From the NCBI RefSeq assembly GCF_042660085.1, contig NZ_JBHSTI010000008.1:1479876-1511875 (forward strand): 32,000 nt of DNA. The letters run 5' to 3'. A model generated the notes under the pieces. That model searched no databases. It saw only the letters and a list, made by a program, of their open reading frames with translations, and was not told the DNA's origin. Of this stretch, positions 9,709 to 18,686 are shown piece by piece; the first letter of the stretch is position 1, and each line of letters starts with the position of its first letter. The DNA comes from Longivirga aurantiaca (lineage in GTDB: Bacteria > Actinomycetota > Actinomycetes > S36-B12 > CAIYMF01). The position numbers and the translations under genes were made by a program.

Positions 9709-10841
9709 GCGCGGGTCCGCCCGCGCGCCACCGACCGCAGCGCGTCCTCGAAGCCGTCGACGGCGGACTTCCACGAGTGCGCGGCGGCGTGGATTCCGCA
9801 GTCCATCCCCATCCGCTCCACGAGCGAGCGGTCCGACAGCAGCCCGTCGAGCCGGCGCTCGAGGTCGGCCTGGTCGTCGCAGAGATAGCCGGTGACGCCG
9901 TGGACGACCGACTCGTTGACGCCCCCGGCCGACCGGTAGGCCAGGGTCGGGGTGCCGCACGCCGCGGCCTCCACCGCGACCAGGCCCCAGCCCTCCTTGA
10001 GGGACGGGAGCAGGTGCACCCAGGCCCGGGCAAGCTCGGCGTCGCGCTCGTCGTCGCCGACCCGCCCCAGGAACTCGACCTGGTCGTGCAGGCCGAGGCG
10101 GTCGGAGAGGACCTCGAGCTCGTGCCGGTGGTAGCCCTCGCCGATGATCCTCAGCCGGAGGTCGGGGTGGCGGTGGCGGACGCGGGCCACTGCCTCGATG
10201 GCGTGCTCCACCTGCTTGTGCGGCACCAGGCGCGACACGACGACGACGCCGGGGCGGTCGTCGCGCGGGGGGAGCGACTCGGGCAGGTCGCTGCCATTGC
10301 GGACCACGACCAGCCTGTCGCCCGGATGCCCCAGGCCCTCCAGCTCTCGGGCGGTGCTGGAGCTCACCGCGACCGCGTGGGTGGCGCGGTGCACGAGCGG
10401 GCTGAGGCGGGACTCGATGAACCACCCGATGCGCCCGGCCACCGGGCCGACGGCCACGGGCCACTGCTCGCGGTGCACGTGGTGGACGACCAGGAGGGTG
10501 GTGCGCGGCCGGGCGACGGCCGCGAAGAACGGGATGCCGTTCTGGACGTCGACGACCACGTCGTAGCCACGGGACGTCGAATGCAGGAAACCCTTGCCGT
10601 ACACGCCCAGACGGCCGCCGCGACGGCGGTAGCGCACGCCCCGGTCGAGCTCGTCGCGGGGGCGGCCGGCGTACGCCGCCGTGGCGATCGTGACCTCGTG
10701 CCCGCGCTCGGCGAGACCGCGCGCCACCTGGCCCAGCGTGCGCTCCGAGCCGCCCGCCTCCGGATGCCACTCGTCGCGCCAGCTGAGGACCAGCACGCGC
10801 AGGGGTGCGCGACCGGCCGGCTCGACGACGTGCTCGCTCAT
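9705..10841 (-). CDS. Glycosyltransferase family 4 protein
   Basis: 378 aa: VLVLSWRDEWHPEAGGSERTLGQVARGLAERGHEVTIAT...PGVVVVSRLVPHKQVEHAIEAVARVRHRHPDLRLRIIGEGYHRHELE...LPSLKEGWGLVAVEAAACGTPTLAYRSAGGVNESVV. Confidence 0.93.
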   Translation of the reverse strand: MSEHVVEPAGRAPLRVLVLSWRDEWHPEAGGSERTLGQVARGLAERGHEVTIATAAYAGRPRDELDRGVRYRRRGGRLGVYGKGFLHSTSRGYDVVVDVQNGIPFFAAVARPRTTLLVVHHVHREQWPVAVGPVAGRIGWFIESRLSPLVHRATHAVAVSSSTARELEGLGHPGDRLVVVRNGSDLPESLPPRDDRPGVVVVSRLVPHKQVEHAIEAVARVRHRHPDLRLRIIGEGYHRHELEVLSDRLGLHDQVEFLGRVGDDERDAELARAWVHLLPSLKEGWGLVAVEAAACGTPTLAYRSAGGVNESVVHGVTGYLCDDQADLERRLDGLLSDRSLVERMGMDCGIHAAAHSWKSAVDGFEDALRSVARGRTRA

Positions 10842-10870
10842 GAGTCCGAAGTGTGCCCTACGGTGGCCCG

Positions 10871-11644
10871 GTGTCGGAGGTCGAGCAGGCGACGTGGAGC
10901 CGTGCGTACCGGCTGTTCCGCGACTTCAGGGTCGAGCAGAGCGACCCCGACCGCTTCTACAGCGCCCTGGCATCTGACAGCATCGCGCAGCTCCGTCAGT
11001 TCACCTCCCTCGATGGTGCGAAGGTGCTCGACGTCGGCGGCGGCCCCGGCTACTTCGCCGACGCCTTCGCGGACTCGGGCGCCTGGTACGTCCCCGTCGA
11101 GTACGACCACGGCGAGTTGTCCGCCCGCGGGGGAGTGTCGGTCCGCTCCGTCATGGCCGACGGCGCACGGCTACCGTTCCACGACTGCTCGTTCGACGTG
11201 GTCTACAGCTCCAACGTGCTCGAGCACGTGCCGGACCGCGCCGCGATGGTGCGCGAGATGGTCCGTGTCGCGGCGCCCGGCGGTCTCGTCTTCGCGGCGT
11301 ACACGGTCTGGTTCGGCCCGTGGGGCGGGCACGAGACGTCGCCCTGGCACTTCCTCGGCGGGATGCGGGCGCGACGCCGCTACTCCCGCGTGCACGGCCA
11401 TGAGCCCAAGAACAGGTTCGGCGAGAGCATGTTCGCAGTGACGGTGGCCGAGGGCCTGGGGCTCGCGCGCGACCTGCCCCAGGCGGACCTGGTCGCGGTC
11501 TTCCCGAGGTACCTGCCCCGCTCCACCTGGTGGCTGCTCCGAGTCCCCGGGGTCCGCGAGGTGGCGACCTGGAACCTCGCCCTCGTGTGGCGGCGGCGCC
11601 CCGACGCGGCCCCGACGTCCGGCAGGGACGCAACTCGCCGGTAA
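10871..11644 (+). CDS. Class I SAM-dependent methyltransferase
   Basis: VSEVEQATWSRAYRLFRDFRVEQSDPDRFY...GAKVLDVGGGPGYFADAFADSGAWYVPVEYDHGEL...VVYSSNVLEHVPDRAAMVREMVRVAAPGGLVFAAYT. GTG start at 10871, 29 bp from the divergent gene's start. Confidence 0.88.
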   Translation: MSEVEQATWSRAYRLFRDFRVEQSDPDRFYSALASDSIAQLRQFTSLDGAKVLDVGGGPGYFADAFADSGAWYVPVEYDHGELSARGGVSVRSVMADGARLPFHDCSFDVVYSSNVLEHVPDRAAMVREMVRVAAPGGLVFAAYTVWFGPWGGHETSPWHFLGGMRARRRYSRVHGHEPKNRFGESMFAVTVAEGLGLARDLPQADLVAVFPRYLPRSTWWLLRVPGVREVATWNLALVWRRRPDAAPTSGRDATRR

Positions 11645-11719
11645 CTTCCGGGTCTCAATCAGCGCCAACCGCGCTGGGTATCCGCTAACGTCCGCGCATC
11701 AGTCGTCGAAGGAGTCGGT

Positions 11720-12688
11720 ATGAAGCGTGGCCTGGGCATCGCCCTCGTGGGTCTGGGGGCGTTCCTCCTGGTCCTGGCTGGAGCGCTCAAGTTCTACGCA
11801 GTCCCTGCCCTGTCCAAGGCGCCGCTCGTCCCGGGTGAGTCCACCGGGGGCATCTCGACGTCGCTGGCGGTCGGGACGGCCGAGACCCTCTTCGACCCGA
11901 GCGCCCTCGTCGCCGGCGAGAACCCGATCCGCACCAACGTGCCGCTCACGTCGACGCGCACGACCCGTGGCGATGTCACGGAGTCGCAGACCGACGCCGC
12001 CAAGGCGGACGACCTCGCGATCTACGACTCGTTCTCGAACCTCACGGACGACACCGGCACGACCATCTCGGCCGGCACGATCCGTGTCGCCTTCGACCGC
12101 GTGACGTCCGAGCTGTCGAACTGCTGCAACGCCAACATCGACGGCGAAACGGTCGAGTGGTCGGGCATCAACCCGCTGAAGTTCCCGTTCAACGTCGAGC
12201 AGAAGACCTACGACTACTTCGACACCACGCTGGTGAAGGCGGTCCCGATCGAGTTCACGGGCACCGAGGACCTCGACGGCCTCGAGGTCTACGTCTTCAA
12301 GCAGAGCATCCCGGCGACGCAGATCGGCGAGCAGGAGGTGCCGGGCTCGCTCGTCGGCTCCACCGAGGCCAGCGTCAAGGCTCCGCGCATGTACGAGAAC
12401 GTGCGCACCCTGCAGGTCGACCCGGTGACCGGCTCGATCATCGCCGGCGTCGAGCAGCAGAAGCAGTGGCTCGCGGGCGCCGACGGCACCGAGAAGCTCA
12501 CGATCATCAAGGCGACAGTCGGAACCGAGGACGCCACCAAACAGGCCGCGATCGACGACGCCAAGACCAACGGCGCGCTGCTCAAGACCCTCGGCAGCAC
12601 CGTGCCGCTCGTCGGCTTCGTCCTCGGCCTGATCCTGCTCGTCGTCGGATTCGTCCTCGTGGCCCGCAAGGACCCGTCCACCTCCTGA
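11720..12688 (+). CDS. DUF3068 / PorA-family-like membrane-anchored protein
   Basis: 322 aa: MKRGLGIALVGLGAFLLVLAGALKFYAVPALSKAPLVPGESTGGISTSL... with N-terminal TM, extracytoplasmic domain and C-terminal TM (VPLVGFVLGLILLVVGFVLVARK). Characteristic DUF3068 layout. Confidence 0.8.
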   Translation: MKRGLGIALVGLGAFLLVLAGALKFYAVPALSKAPLVPGESTGGISTSLAVGTAETLFDPSALVAGENPIRTNVPLTSTRTTRGDVTESQTDAAKADDLAIYDSFSNLTDDTGTTISAGTIRVAFDRVTSELSNCCNANIDGETVEWSGINPLKFPFNVEQKTYDYFDTTLVKAVPIEFTGTEDLDGLEVYVFKQSIPATQIGEQEVPGSLVGSTEASVKAPRMYENVRTLQVDPVTGSIIAGVEQQKQWLAGADGTEKLTIIKATVGTEDATKQAAIDDAKTNGALLKTLGSTVPLVGFVLGLILLVVGFVLVARKDPSTS

Positions 12689-12700
12689 CCTGGAGCCGGG

Positions 12701-12716
12701 CTCAGCCTCGGCTGAG
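12701..12716. terminator. Compact inverted repeat between convergent ORF ends
   Basis: CTCAGC-CTCG-GCTGAG hairpin 13 bp after the 12688 stop, overlapping the last codons of the opposite ORF. Confidence 0.3.
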
Positions 12717-13160
12717 GTCGGCGTCCCGGAAGAGCGGCACCGTGGCCGAGGCGTCGCGCATCAGGCGGTCCATGCTCGTCGGCGTCCGGTTCACGACGAC
12801 GACGTCGAGGTCGCAGGCGCCCCGGGCCACCACGGTCTGCGCGTAGGTCGGTGTCGTGCCGGTCGAGGGGGAGCAGACCGGCGTCCTGCTGCTCCAGGGC
12901 CCGTACGGGGTGTCGGACGGCAGGACGACGATGCGCAGGCGCCCCGCGCGGCCGGGTGCGACCGCATCGACACCCGTGCCCACGTTGACGAGGGCGGTGC
13001 TGCGCACGATCGTGGTGCCGTCGGCGCTCCGGCGTCCCCGCCGGGCCTGTCGCCGTCCAGCGCGCGGAGCATCCGGTTCCACGCCGCGGCGTCCGCAGGC
13101 TCGGATCCGCAGCAGTCCCGGTGCTGGCCGACCGGTGCCGGCAGCCGATCGGACGAACCC
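12702..13160 (-). pseudogene. Hypothetical protein, probably frame-disrupted or truncated
   Basis: Frame ending at 12702 gives a plausible tail (TTIVRSTALVNVGTGVDAVAPGRAGRLRIVVLPSDTPYGPW...DLDVVVVNRTPTSMDRLMRDASATVPLFRD). Plausible upstream residues (VGQHRDCCGSEPADAAAWNRMLRALDG) lie in another frame, with a CGGCGGGGAC run near the shift. Confidence 0.3.
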
Positions 13161-13178
13161 CGGCCGGTGCCTCTCGCA

Positions 13179-13958
13179 TCACACCGTCGTGCACACCCAG
13201 ATCGCCGTGCCGGGGAGGATCGCACCGCGGGTGGGCGACCAGCCGCCCCAGACCTGGTCGTTCCGCTCCGGCCACTCCGGCTCGACGAGGTCCAGCACCC
13301 GGAGGCCCGCGGAGGTGAGGGCGCGGACGGTGTCGCCCACCGTCCGGTGGTGCTCCACGTACGTCGCGGTGCCGTCCGGATCGCGCTCGACGTACGGAGT
13401 GCGGTCGAAGTACGGGCGGTCCGCCACGAGGCCTGCCGGGCCGGGAGCGTCCGGGAAGGCCCAGCGCACCGGGTGCGTGACCGAGAAGACCCACCGGCCC
13501 CCCGGGCGCAGCACGCGGGCCACTTCCGCGAACACCGCCCCGACGTCGGCGACGAACGGGATCGCGCCGTACGCCGAGCACACGACGTCGAAGACGGCGG
13601 GGCCGAACGGCAGCTCGCCGGCGTCGGCCTGGACCAGCGGCACCGCGGGGGAGAAGGTGCGGGAGTGGGCCAGCATCGCGTGGCTCAGGTCGAGCGCGAC
13701 GACGCGCGCGCCCTGGCCGGCGAGCCAGCGAGCGCCCTGCGCGCCCCCGGCGCCGACCTCGAGGACACGGCGTCCGGAGACCGGACCCAGCAGGCCCAGC
13801 TCGGCCTCGGTCCAGCCCTCCGGCCCCCACACGAGGTCCGAACCGGCCCGCGCGTCGCCGAGGAAGGCACCGTGCTCGGCGGCGTACCCCGTCGCCTCGG
13901 CGTCCCACCAGGCCCGGGAGGCCCGGACCGAGTCGCGTCGTCCCAGGTCAGAGCGCAT
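13179..13958 (-). CDS. Class I SAM-dependent methyltransferase
   Basis: MRSDLGRRDSVRASRAWWDAEATGYAAEHGAFLGDA...GRRVLEVGAGGAQGARWLAGQGARVVALDLSHAMLAHS...FDVVCSAYGAIPFVADVGAVFAEVARVLRPGGRWVFSVTHPVRW. ATG at 13958. Confidence 0.9.
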   Translation of the reverse strand: MRSDLGRRDSVRASRAWWDAEATGYAAEHGAFLGDARAGSDLVWGPEGWTEAELGLLGPVSGRRVLEVGAGGAQGARWLAGQGARVVALDLSHAMLAHSRTFSPAVPLVQADAGELPFGPAVFDVVCSAYGAIPFVADVGAVFAEVARVLRPGGRWVFSVTHPVRWAFPDAPGPAGLVADRPYFDRTPYVERDPDGTATYVEHHRTVGDTVRALTSAGLRVLDLVEPEWPERNDQVWGGWSPTRGAILPGTAIWVCTTV

Positions 13959-14176
13959 GGGCGAGCCGGGAGGGCGGTTTGACCCGTGATCTGCCACGTC
14001 CGTATCCTGGCCTGTGCGTCGCGGGCCTGCGCGCGCCTCATACCGAGCAGGCACCCGCATGTCGTCCGGAGTGAACCCACGCCGTCGCCCTCACGGGCTT
14101 CTGCTCGGCCGCGCCTGATGGCGAAGGCCCGCCGTCGCATCCGTCTCGACACCCATCCACCGGAGCTCCTTACTCC

Positions 14177-15643
14177 ATGACTGCCACCATCGACACCCCC
14201 GCGACGTTCCAGATCGCGGTCAACGACATCGGCGATGCCGAGGCTTTCGCCGCCGCTGTCGACGAGACCATCAAGTACTTCAACGACGGCGACATCGTCG
14301 AGGGCACCATCGTCAAGGTCGACCGTGACGAGGTCCTCCTCGACATCGGCTACAAGACCGAGGGCGTCATCCCCTCCCGTGAGCTGTCGATCAAGCACGA
14401 CGTCGACCCCAACGAGGTCGTCAAGCTCGGCGACGTCGTCGAGGCCCTGGTCCTCCAGAAGGAGGACAAGGAAGGCCGTCTCATCCTGTCCAAGAAGCGC
14501 GCTCAGTACGAGCGTGCCTGGGGCACCATCGAGAAGGTCAAGGAAGAGGACGGCGTCGTCACCGGCACCGTCATCGAGGTCGTCAAGGGTGGACTCATCC
14601 TCGACATCGGCCTCCGCGGCTTCCTCCCCGCCTCGCTCGTCGAGATGCGTCGTGTCCGCGACCTCCAGCCGTACGTCGGCAAGGAGCTCGAGGCCAAGAT
14701 CATCGAGCTCGACAAGAACCGCAACAACGTGGTCCTGTCGCGCCGAGCCTGGCTCGAGCAGACCCAGTCCGAGGTCCGCCAGAACTTCCTCACGCAGCTG
14801 CAGAAGGGCCAGATCCGCTCCGGCGTCGTCTCGTCCATCGTCAACTTCGGCGCGTTCGTCGACCTCGGCGGCGTGGACGGTCTCGTCCACGTGTCCGAGC
14901 TGTCGTGGAAGCACATCGACCACCCGTCCGAGGTCGTCGAGGTCGGCACCGAGGTCACCGTCGAGGTGCTCGACGTCGACATGGACCGCGAGCGAGTCTC
15001 CCTGTCGCTGAAGGCGACGCAGGAGGACCCGTGGCAGCAGTTCGCCCGCACGCACCAGATCGGCCAGGTCGTCCCCGGCAAGGTCACCAAGCTGGTGCCG
15101 TTCGGCGCGTTCGTGCGTGTCGAGGAGGGCATCGAGGGCCTGGTCCACATCTCCGAGCTGGCCGAGCGCCACGTGGAGCTGCCGGAGCAGGTCGTCACCG
15201 TGGGCAGCGACATCTTCGTCAAGGTCATCGACATCGACCTCGAGCGTCGTCGCATCTCGCTGTCGCTCAAGCAGGCCTCCGAGGGGATCTCGGGCGCCGA
15301 GGACGAGCACTTCGACCCGGCTCTCTACGGCATGGCCGCCACGTACGACGAGGCCGGCCAGTACGTCTACCCCGACGGCTTCGACCCGGAGACGGGCGAG
15401 TGGCTCCCGGGCCACGAGACCGCCCAGGCCGAGTGGGAGCGCCAGTACGCCGAGGCGCACTCCCGCTGGGAGGCGCACAAGAAGCAGGTCGAGGAGCAGC
15501 GCAAGGCTGACGCCGAGGCCGGGGTCGCCACCGACGCCGAGTCCGGCACGCAGTCCTACACCTCGCCCGCCCCCGAGGCCGCCGGCACGCTGGCGACCGA
15601 CGAGGCGCTGCAGGCCCTGCGCGACAAGCTCACCGGCGCCTGA
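14177..15643 (+). CDS. rpsA: 30S ribosomal protein S1
   Basis: 488 aa with four S1/OB repeats: GDIVEGTIVKVDRDEVLLDIGYKTEGVIPSRELS; GVVTGTVIEVVKGGLILDIGLRGFLPASLVE; RSGVVSSIVNFGAFVDLGGVDGLVHVSELSWKHIDHP; GKVTKLVPFGAFVRVEEGIEGLVHISELAERHVELPEQVV. Confidence 0.98.
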   Translation: MTATIDTPATFQIAVNDIGDAEAFAAAVDETIKYFNDGDIVEGTIVKVDRDEVLLDIGYKTEGVIPSRELSIKHDVDPNEVVKLGDVVEALVLQKEDKEGRLILSKKRAQYERAWGTIEKVKEEDGVVTGTVIEVVKGGLILDIGLRGFLPASLVEMRRVRDLQPYVGKELEAKIIELDKNRNNVVLSRRAWLEQTQSEVRQNFLTQLQKGQIRSGVVSSIVNFGAFVDLGGVDGLVHVSELSWKHIDHPSEVVEVGTEVTVEVLDVDMDRERVSLSLKATQEDPWQQFARTHQIGQVVPGKVTKLVPFGAFVRVEEGIEGLVHISELAERHVELPEQVVTVGSDIFVKVIDIDLERRRISLSLKQASEGISGAEDEHFDPALYGMAATYDEAGQYVYPDGFDPETGEWLPGHETAQAEWERQYAEAHSRWEAHKKQVEEQRKADAEAGVATDAESGTQSYTSPAPEAAGTLATDEALQALRDKLTGA

Positions 15644-15664
15644 GCCTCGGCTCCAGCACCGTGA

Positions 15665-15682
15665 GCTGATCGGCAGATCAGC
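15665..15682. other. Small inverted repeat in the rpsA 3' region
   Basis: GCTGATC-GGCA-GATCAGC, perfect 7-bp arms. Confidence 0.5.
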
Positions 15683-15692
15683 ACGACACGAA

Positions 15693-15720
15693 GCCCCCCG
15701 GACCGCGCGGTCCGGGGGGC
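15693..15720. terminator. Strong intrinsic-terminator-like hairpin between rpsA and coaE
   Basis: 28-nt perfect palindrome GCCCCCCGGACCGCGCGGTCCGGGGGGC followed by CTCGTTCG. No long T tract, as is common in high-GC actinobacteria. Confidence 0.75.
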
Positions 15721-15749
15721 CTCGTTCGTCCGGCGCTAGATTCACCGGC

Positions 15750-16346
15750 ATGAAGATCGGTCTCACCGGCGGAATAGGCGCCGGAAAATCTGCGGTGTCC
15801 TCCCGCTTCGCCCAGCACGGGGCGGTCATCGTCGACGCCGACACGATCGCCCGCGAGGTCGTCGAGCCGGGAACGCCCGGGCTCGCGGCCATCACCGCGG
15901 AGTTCGGCCGCGGCATCCTCGCCGACGACGGCACCCTCGACCGTGCCGCCCTGGCGAAGATCGTCTTCTCCGACTCCGCGCGCCGCACGGCGCTCGAGGA
16001 GATCGTGCACCCCCTGGTGGCCCTCCGGTCGGGGCAGCTGATCGCTGCAGCACCGCCGAAAGCCGTCGTCGTCTACGACGTCCCGCTGCTCGCCGAGCTC
16101 GTCGGCAAGGGCCAGCGCACCACGGACGAGTACGACGTCGTCGTCGTGGTCGAGGCCCCGGAGGAGGTCCGGATCGCCCGCCTCGTCGCCCGCGGCCTGC
16201 CCGAGTGGGACGCCGAGGCCCGGATCGCGTCCCAGTCGACCGACGAGGAGCGCCGCGCTCTCGCCGACCACGTGCTCGTCAACGACGGCACGCTCCAGGA
16301 CCTCGACGCCAAGGTCGACGCCCTCTGGGCCCAGCTCACCGCCTGA
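15750..16346 (+). CDS. coaE: Dephospho-CoA kinase
   Basis: MKIGLTGGIGAGKSAVSSRFAQHGAVIVDADTIAREVVEPGTPGLAAITAEFG...VVYDVPLLAE...VVVEAPEEVRIARLVARGL...ARIASQSTDEERRALADHVLVNDG. ATG at 15750 is in frame in ORF 15117..16346. Confidence 0.95.
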   Translation: MKIGLTGGIGAGKSAVSSRFAQHGAVIVDADTIAREVVEPGTPGLAAITAEFGRGILADDGTLDRAALAKIVFSDSARRTALEEIVHPLVALRSGQLIAAAPPKAVVVYDVPLLAELVGKGQRTTDEYDVVVVVEAPEEVRIARLVARGLPEWDAEARIASQSTDEERRALADHVLVNDGTLQDLDAKVDALWAQLTA

Positions 16347-16407
16347 TCCGCTACGCCCGCCGTGAACCGGTGGGGCGGTTGTCGGACCCTGGTCGTAGCG
16401 TGGCCGT

Positions 16408-18519
16408 ATGGCCCGCCCTGTCACCGACCTGCAGCGCACCGTCGCGCCCTTCGAGGTCATCTCCGACTACATCCCGTCCGGCGACCAGCCCGCAGCCATC
16501 GCGGAGATCGCGGCACGGATCGAGTCCGGGGCCCAGGACGTCGTGCTCCTCGGCGCCACCGGCACCGGCAAGTCGGCGACCACCGCGTGGCTGATCGAGA
16601 AGCTCCAGCGCCCCACCCTGGTGATGGCGCCCAACAAGACCCTGGCCGCGCAGCTCGCCAACGAGTTCCGCGAGCTGCTGCCCAACAACGCCGTCGAGTA
16701 CTTCGTCAGCTACTACGACTACTACCAGCCCGAGGCGTACATCCCGCAGTCGGACACCTACATCGAGAAGGACTCCTCGATCAACGAGGAGGTCGAGCGG
16801 CTCCGGCACTCGGCCACCAACTCGCTGCTGACCCGGCGCGACGTCATCGTCGTCGCCTCGGTCTCGTGCATCTACGGCCTCGGCACCCCGCAGGAGTACG
16901 TCGACCGCATGGCCCGCCTCACGGTGGGCCAGGAGTGGAACCGCGACGACCTGCTGCGCCGGCTCGTGTCGATCCAGTACACCCGCAACGACCTCGCGTT
17001 CACCCGCGGCACGTTCCGGGTGCGCGGCGACACGATCGAGATCTTCCCGGTCTACGAGGAGCACCCCGTCCGGATCGAGATGTTCGGCGACGAGGTCGAG
17101 CGCCTCATGACGCTGCACCCGGTCACGGGCGAGATCCTCACCGAGGACTCCGAGCTCTACATCTTCCCGGCCACGCACTACGTCGCCGGCCCGGAGCGCA
17201 TGGAGCGCGCCATCGGCGGTATCGAGGCCGAGCTCGAGGCCCGCCTCGCCGAGCTCGAGAAGCAGGGCAACCTGCTCGAGGCCCAGCGCCTGCGCATGCG
17301 CACCACGTACGACCTGGAGATGATGCGGCAGGTCGGCTTCTGCTCCGGCATCGAGAACTACAGCCGCCACATCGACGGCCGCGAGGCGGGCACCGCACCG
17401 CACTGCCTCCTCGACTACTTCCCCGAGGACTTCCTGCTCGTCATCGACGAGTCCCACGTCACCGTGCCGCAGATCGGCTCGATGTACGAGGGCGACATGA
17501 GCCGCAAGCGCACGCTCGTCGAGCACGGGTTCCGCCTCCCGAGCGCGATGGACAACCGTCCGCTCAAGTGGGAGGAGTTCCTCGAGCGCGTCGGGCAGAC
17601 GGTCTACCTGTCGGCGACGCCGGGCAAGTACGAGCTCTCGCGCGTCCACGACGACGTCGTCGAGCAGGTCATCCGCCCGACCGGCCTCGTCGACCCCGAG
17701 GTGGTCGTGAAGCCCACCAAGGGCCAGATCGACGACCTCATGGGCGAGATCCGCCTGCGCACCGACAAGGACGAGCGCGTCCTCGTCACCACGCTCACCA
17801 AGAAGATGGCCGAGGACCTCACCGACTACCTGCTCGAGCAGGGGATCCGGGTGCGCTACCTGCACTCGGAGGTCGACACGCTGCGGCGCATCGAGCTCCT
17901 GCGCGAGCTCCGGCTCGGTCTGTACGACGTCCTGGTCGGCATCAACCTCCTGCGCGAGGGCCTCGACCTCCCCGAGGTGTCCCTGGTGGCGATCCTCGAC
18001 GCCGACAAGGAGGGGTTCCTGCGCTCGGGCACCTCGTTGATCCAGACGATCGGCCGCGCGGCCCGCAACGTGAGCGGCCAGGTCCATATGTACGCCGACA
18101 CCATCACCCCGTCGATGGCCAAGGCCATCGACGAGACCAACCGGCGCCGCGCCAAGCAGGTGGCCTACAACGAGGCCCACGGCGTCGACCCGACGCCGCT
18201 GCGCAAGAAGATCCAGGACATCAGCGACCTCATCACCCGCGAGGACGCCGACACCGAGGAGCTGCTCGGCGGCTCGGGGCGCACCCAGTCCCGCGGCAAG
18301 GCGCCCGTGCCCGGCATGGGCTCGGCGCGCGGGGGAGCGGCCGGCCTCGACGTCAGCGGGATGCCCGCGCGCGAGCTGGCCGAGCTCATCGGCGAGCTGA
18401 CCGACCAGATGCACGCGGCGGCGGCCGAGCTGCAGTTCGAGGTGGCGGCCCGGCTGCGCGACGAGGTGTCGGACCTGAAGAAGGAGCTCCGGCAGATGCA
18501 GGCGGCCGGTCACGCCTGA
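16408..18519 (+). CDS. uvrB: Excinuclease ABC subunit UvrB
   Basis: 703 aa: [74 protein letters not shown]...; complete helicase motifs and C-terminal UVR motif. Confidence 0.99.
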   Translation: MARPVTDLQRTVAPFEVISDYIPSGDQPAAIAEIAARIESGAQDVVLLGATGTGKSATTAWLIEKLQRPTLVMAPNKTLAAQLANEFRELLPNNAVEYFVSYYDYYQPEAYIPQSDTYIEKDSSINEEVERLRHSATNSLLTRRDVIVVASVSCIYGLGTPQEYVDRMARLTVGQEWNRDDLLRRLVSIQYTRNDLAFTRGTFRVRGDTIEIFPVYEEHPVRIEMFGDEVERLMTLHPVTGEILTEDSELYIFPATHYVAGPERMERAIGGIEAELEARLAELEKQGNLLEAQRLRMRTTYDLEMMRQVGFCSGIENYSRHIDGREAGTAPHCLLDYFPEDFLLVIDESHVTVPQIGSMYEGDMSRKRTLVEHGFRLPSAMDNRPLKWEEFLERVGQTVYLSATPGKYELSRVHDDVVEQVIRPTGLVDPEVVVKPTKGQIDDLMGEIRLRTDKDERVLVTTLTKKMAEDLTDYLLEQGIRVRYLHSEVDTLRRIELLRELRLGLYDVLVGINLLREGLDLPEVSLVAILDADKEGFLRSGTSLIQTIGRAARNVSGQVHMYADTITPSMAKAIDETNRRRAKQVAYNEAHGVDPTPLRKKIQDISDLITREDADTEELLGGSGRTQSRGKAPVPGMGSARGGAAGLDVSGMPARELAELIGELTDQMHAAAAELQFEVAARLRDEVSDLKKELRQMQAAGHA

Positions 18520-18625
18520 TCGGCACGTGTCCTCTGATCGGCACTTGTCCTCTGATCGGCACTTGTCCTCTGATCGGCACTTGTCCTCTGATCGGCACGG
18601 GGTCCGCTGATGGGCATGGGGTCCC
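18517..18625. repeat. 18-bp tandem repeat (about 5 units plus one degenerate) beginning at the uvrB stop codon
   Basis: Units TGATCGGCAC(G/T)TGTCCTC at 18517, 18535, 18553 and 18571; a variant TGATCGGCACGGGGTCCG at 18589; degenerate TGATGGGCATGGGGTCCC at 18608. Confidence 0.95.
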
Positions 18626-18686
18626 CGCGCCCTTCCCGTGGAAGGATGGGCCACCCGCGCACCGTTGACCGAAGGACTCCCACCGC

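Noticed and set aside
13685-15988. 767-aa minus-strand ORF opposite rpsA
   Set aside because: Antisense shadow of rpsA with repetitive 'DDLDDG/HVEHLD' composition mirroring S1 repeats.
16347-16407. LexA/SOS box upstream of uvrB
   Set aside because: No TCGAAC-N4-GTTCGA-like palindrome is visible in the short upstream gap. SOS control cannot be supported.
18517-18625. Possible CRISPR array
   Set aside because: Units are contiguous 18-bp tandem repeats with no spacers and no cas genes nearby.
16351-18668. Long ORFs on both strands overlapping uvrB (767 aa minus, 768 aa plus)
   Set aside because: They are alternative-frame shadows of uvrB. Only the 703-aa frame contains the conserved helicase motifs.
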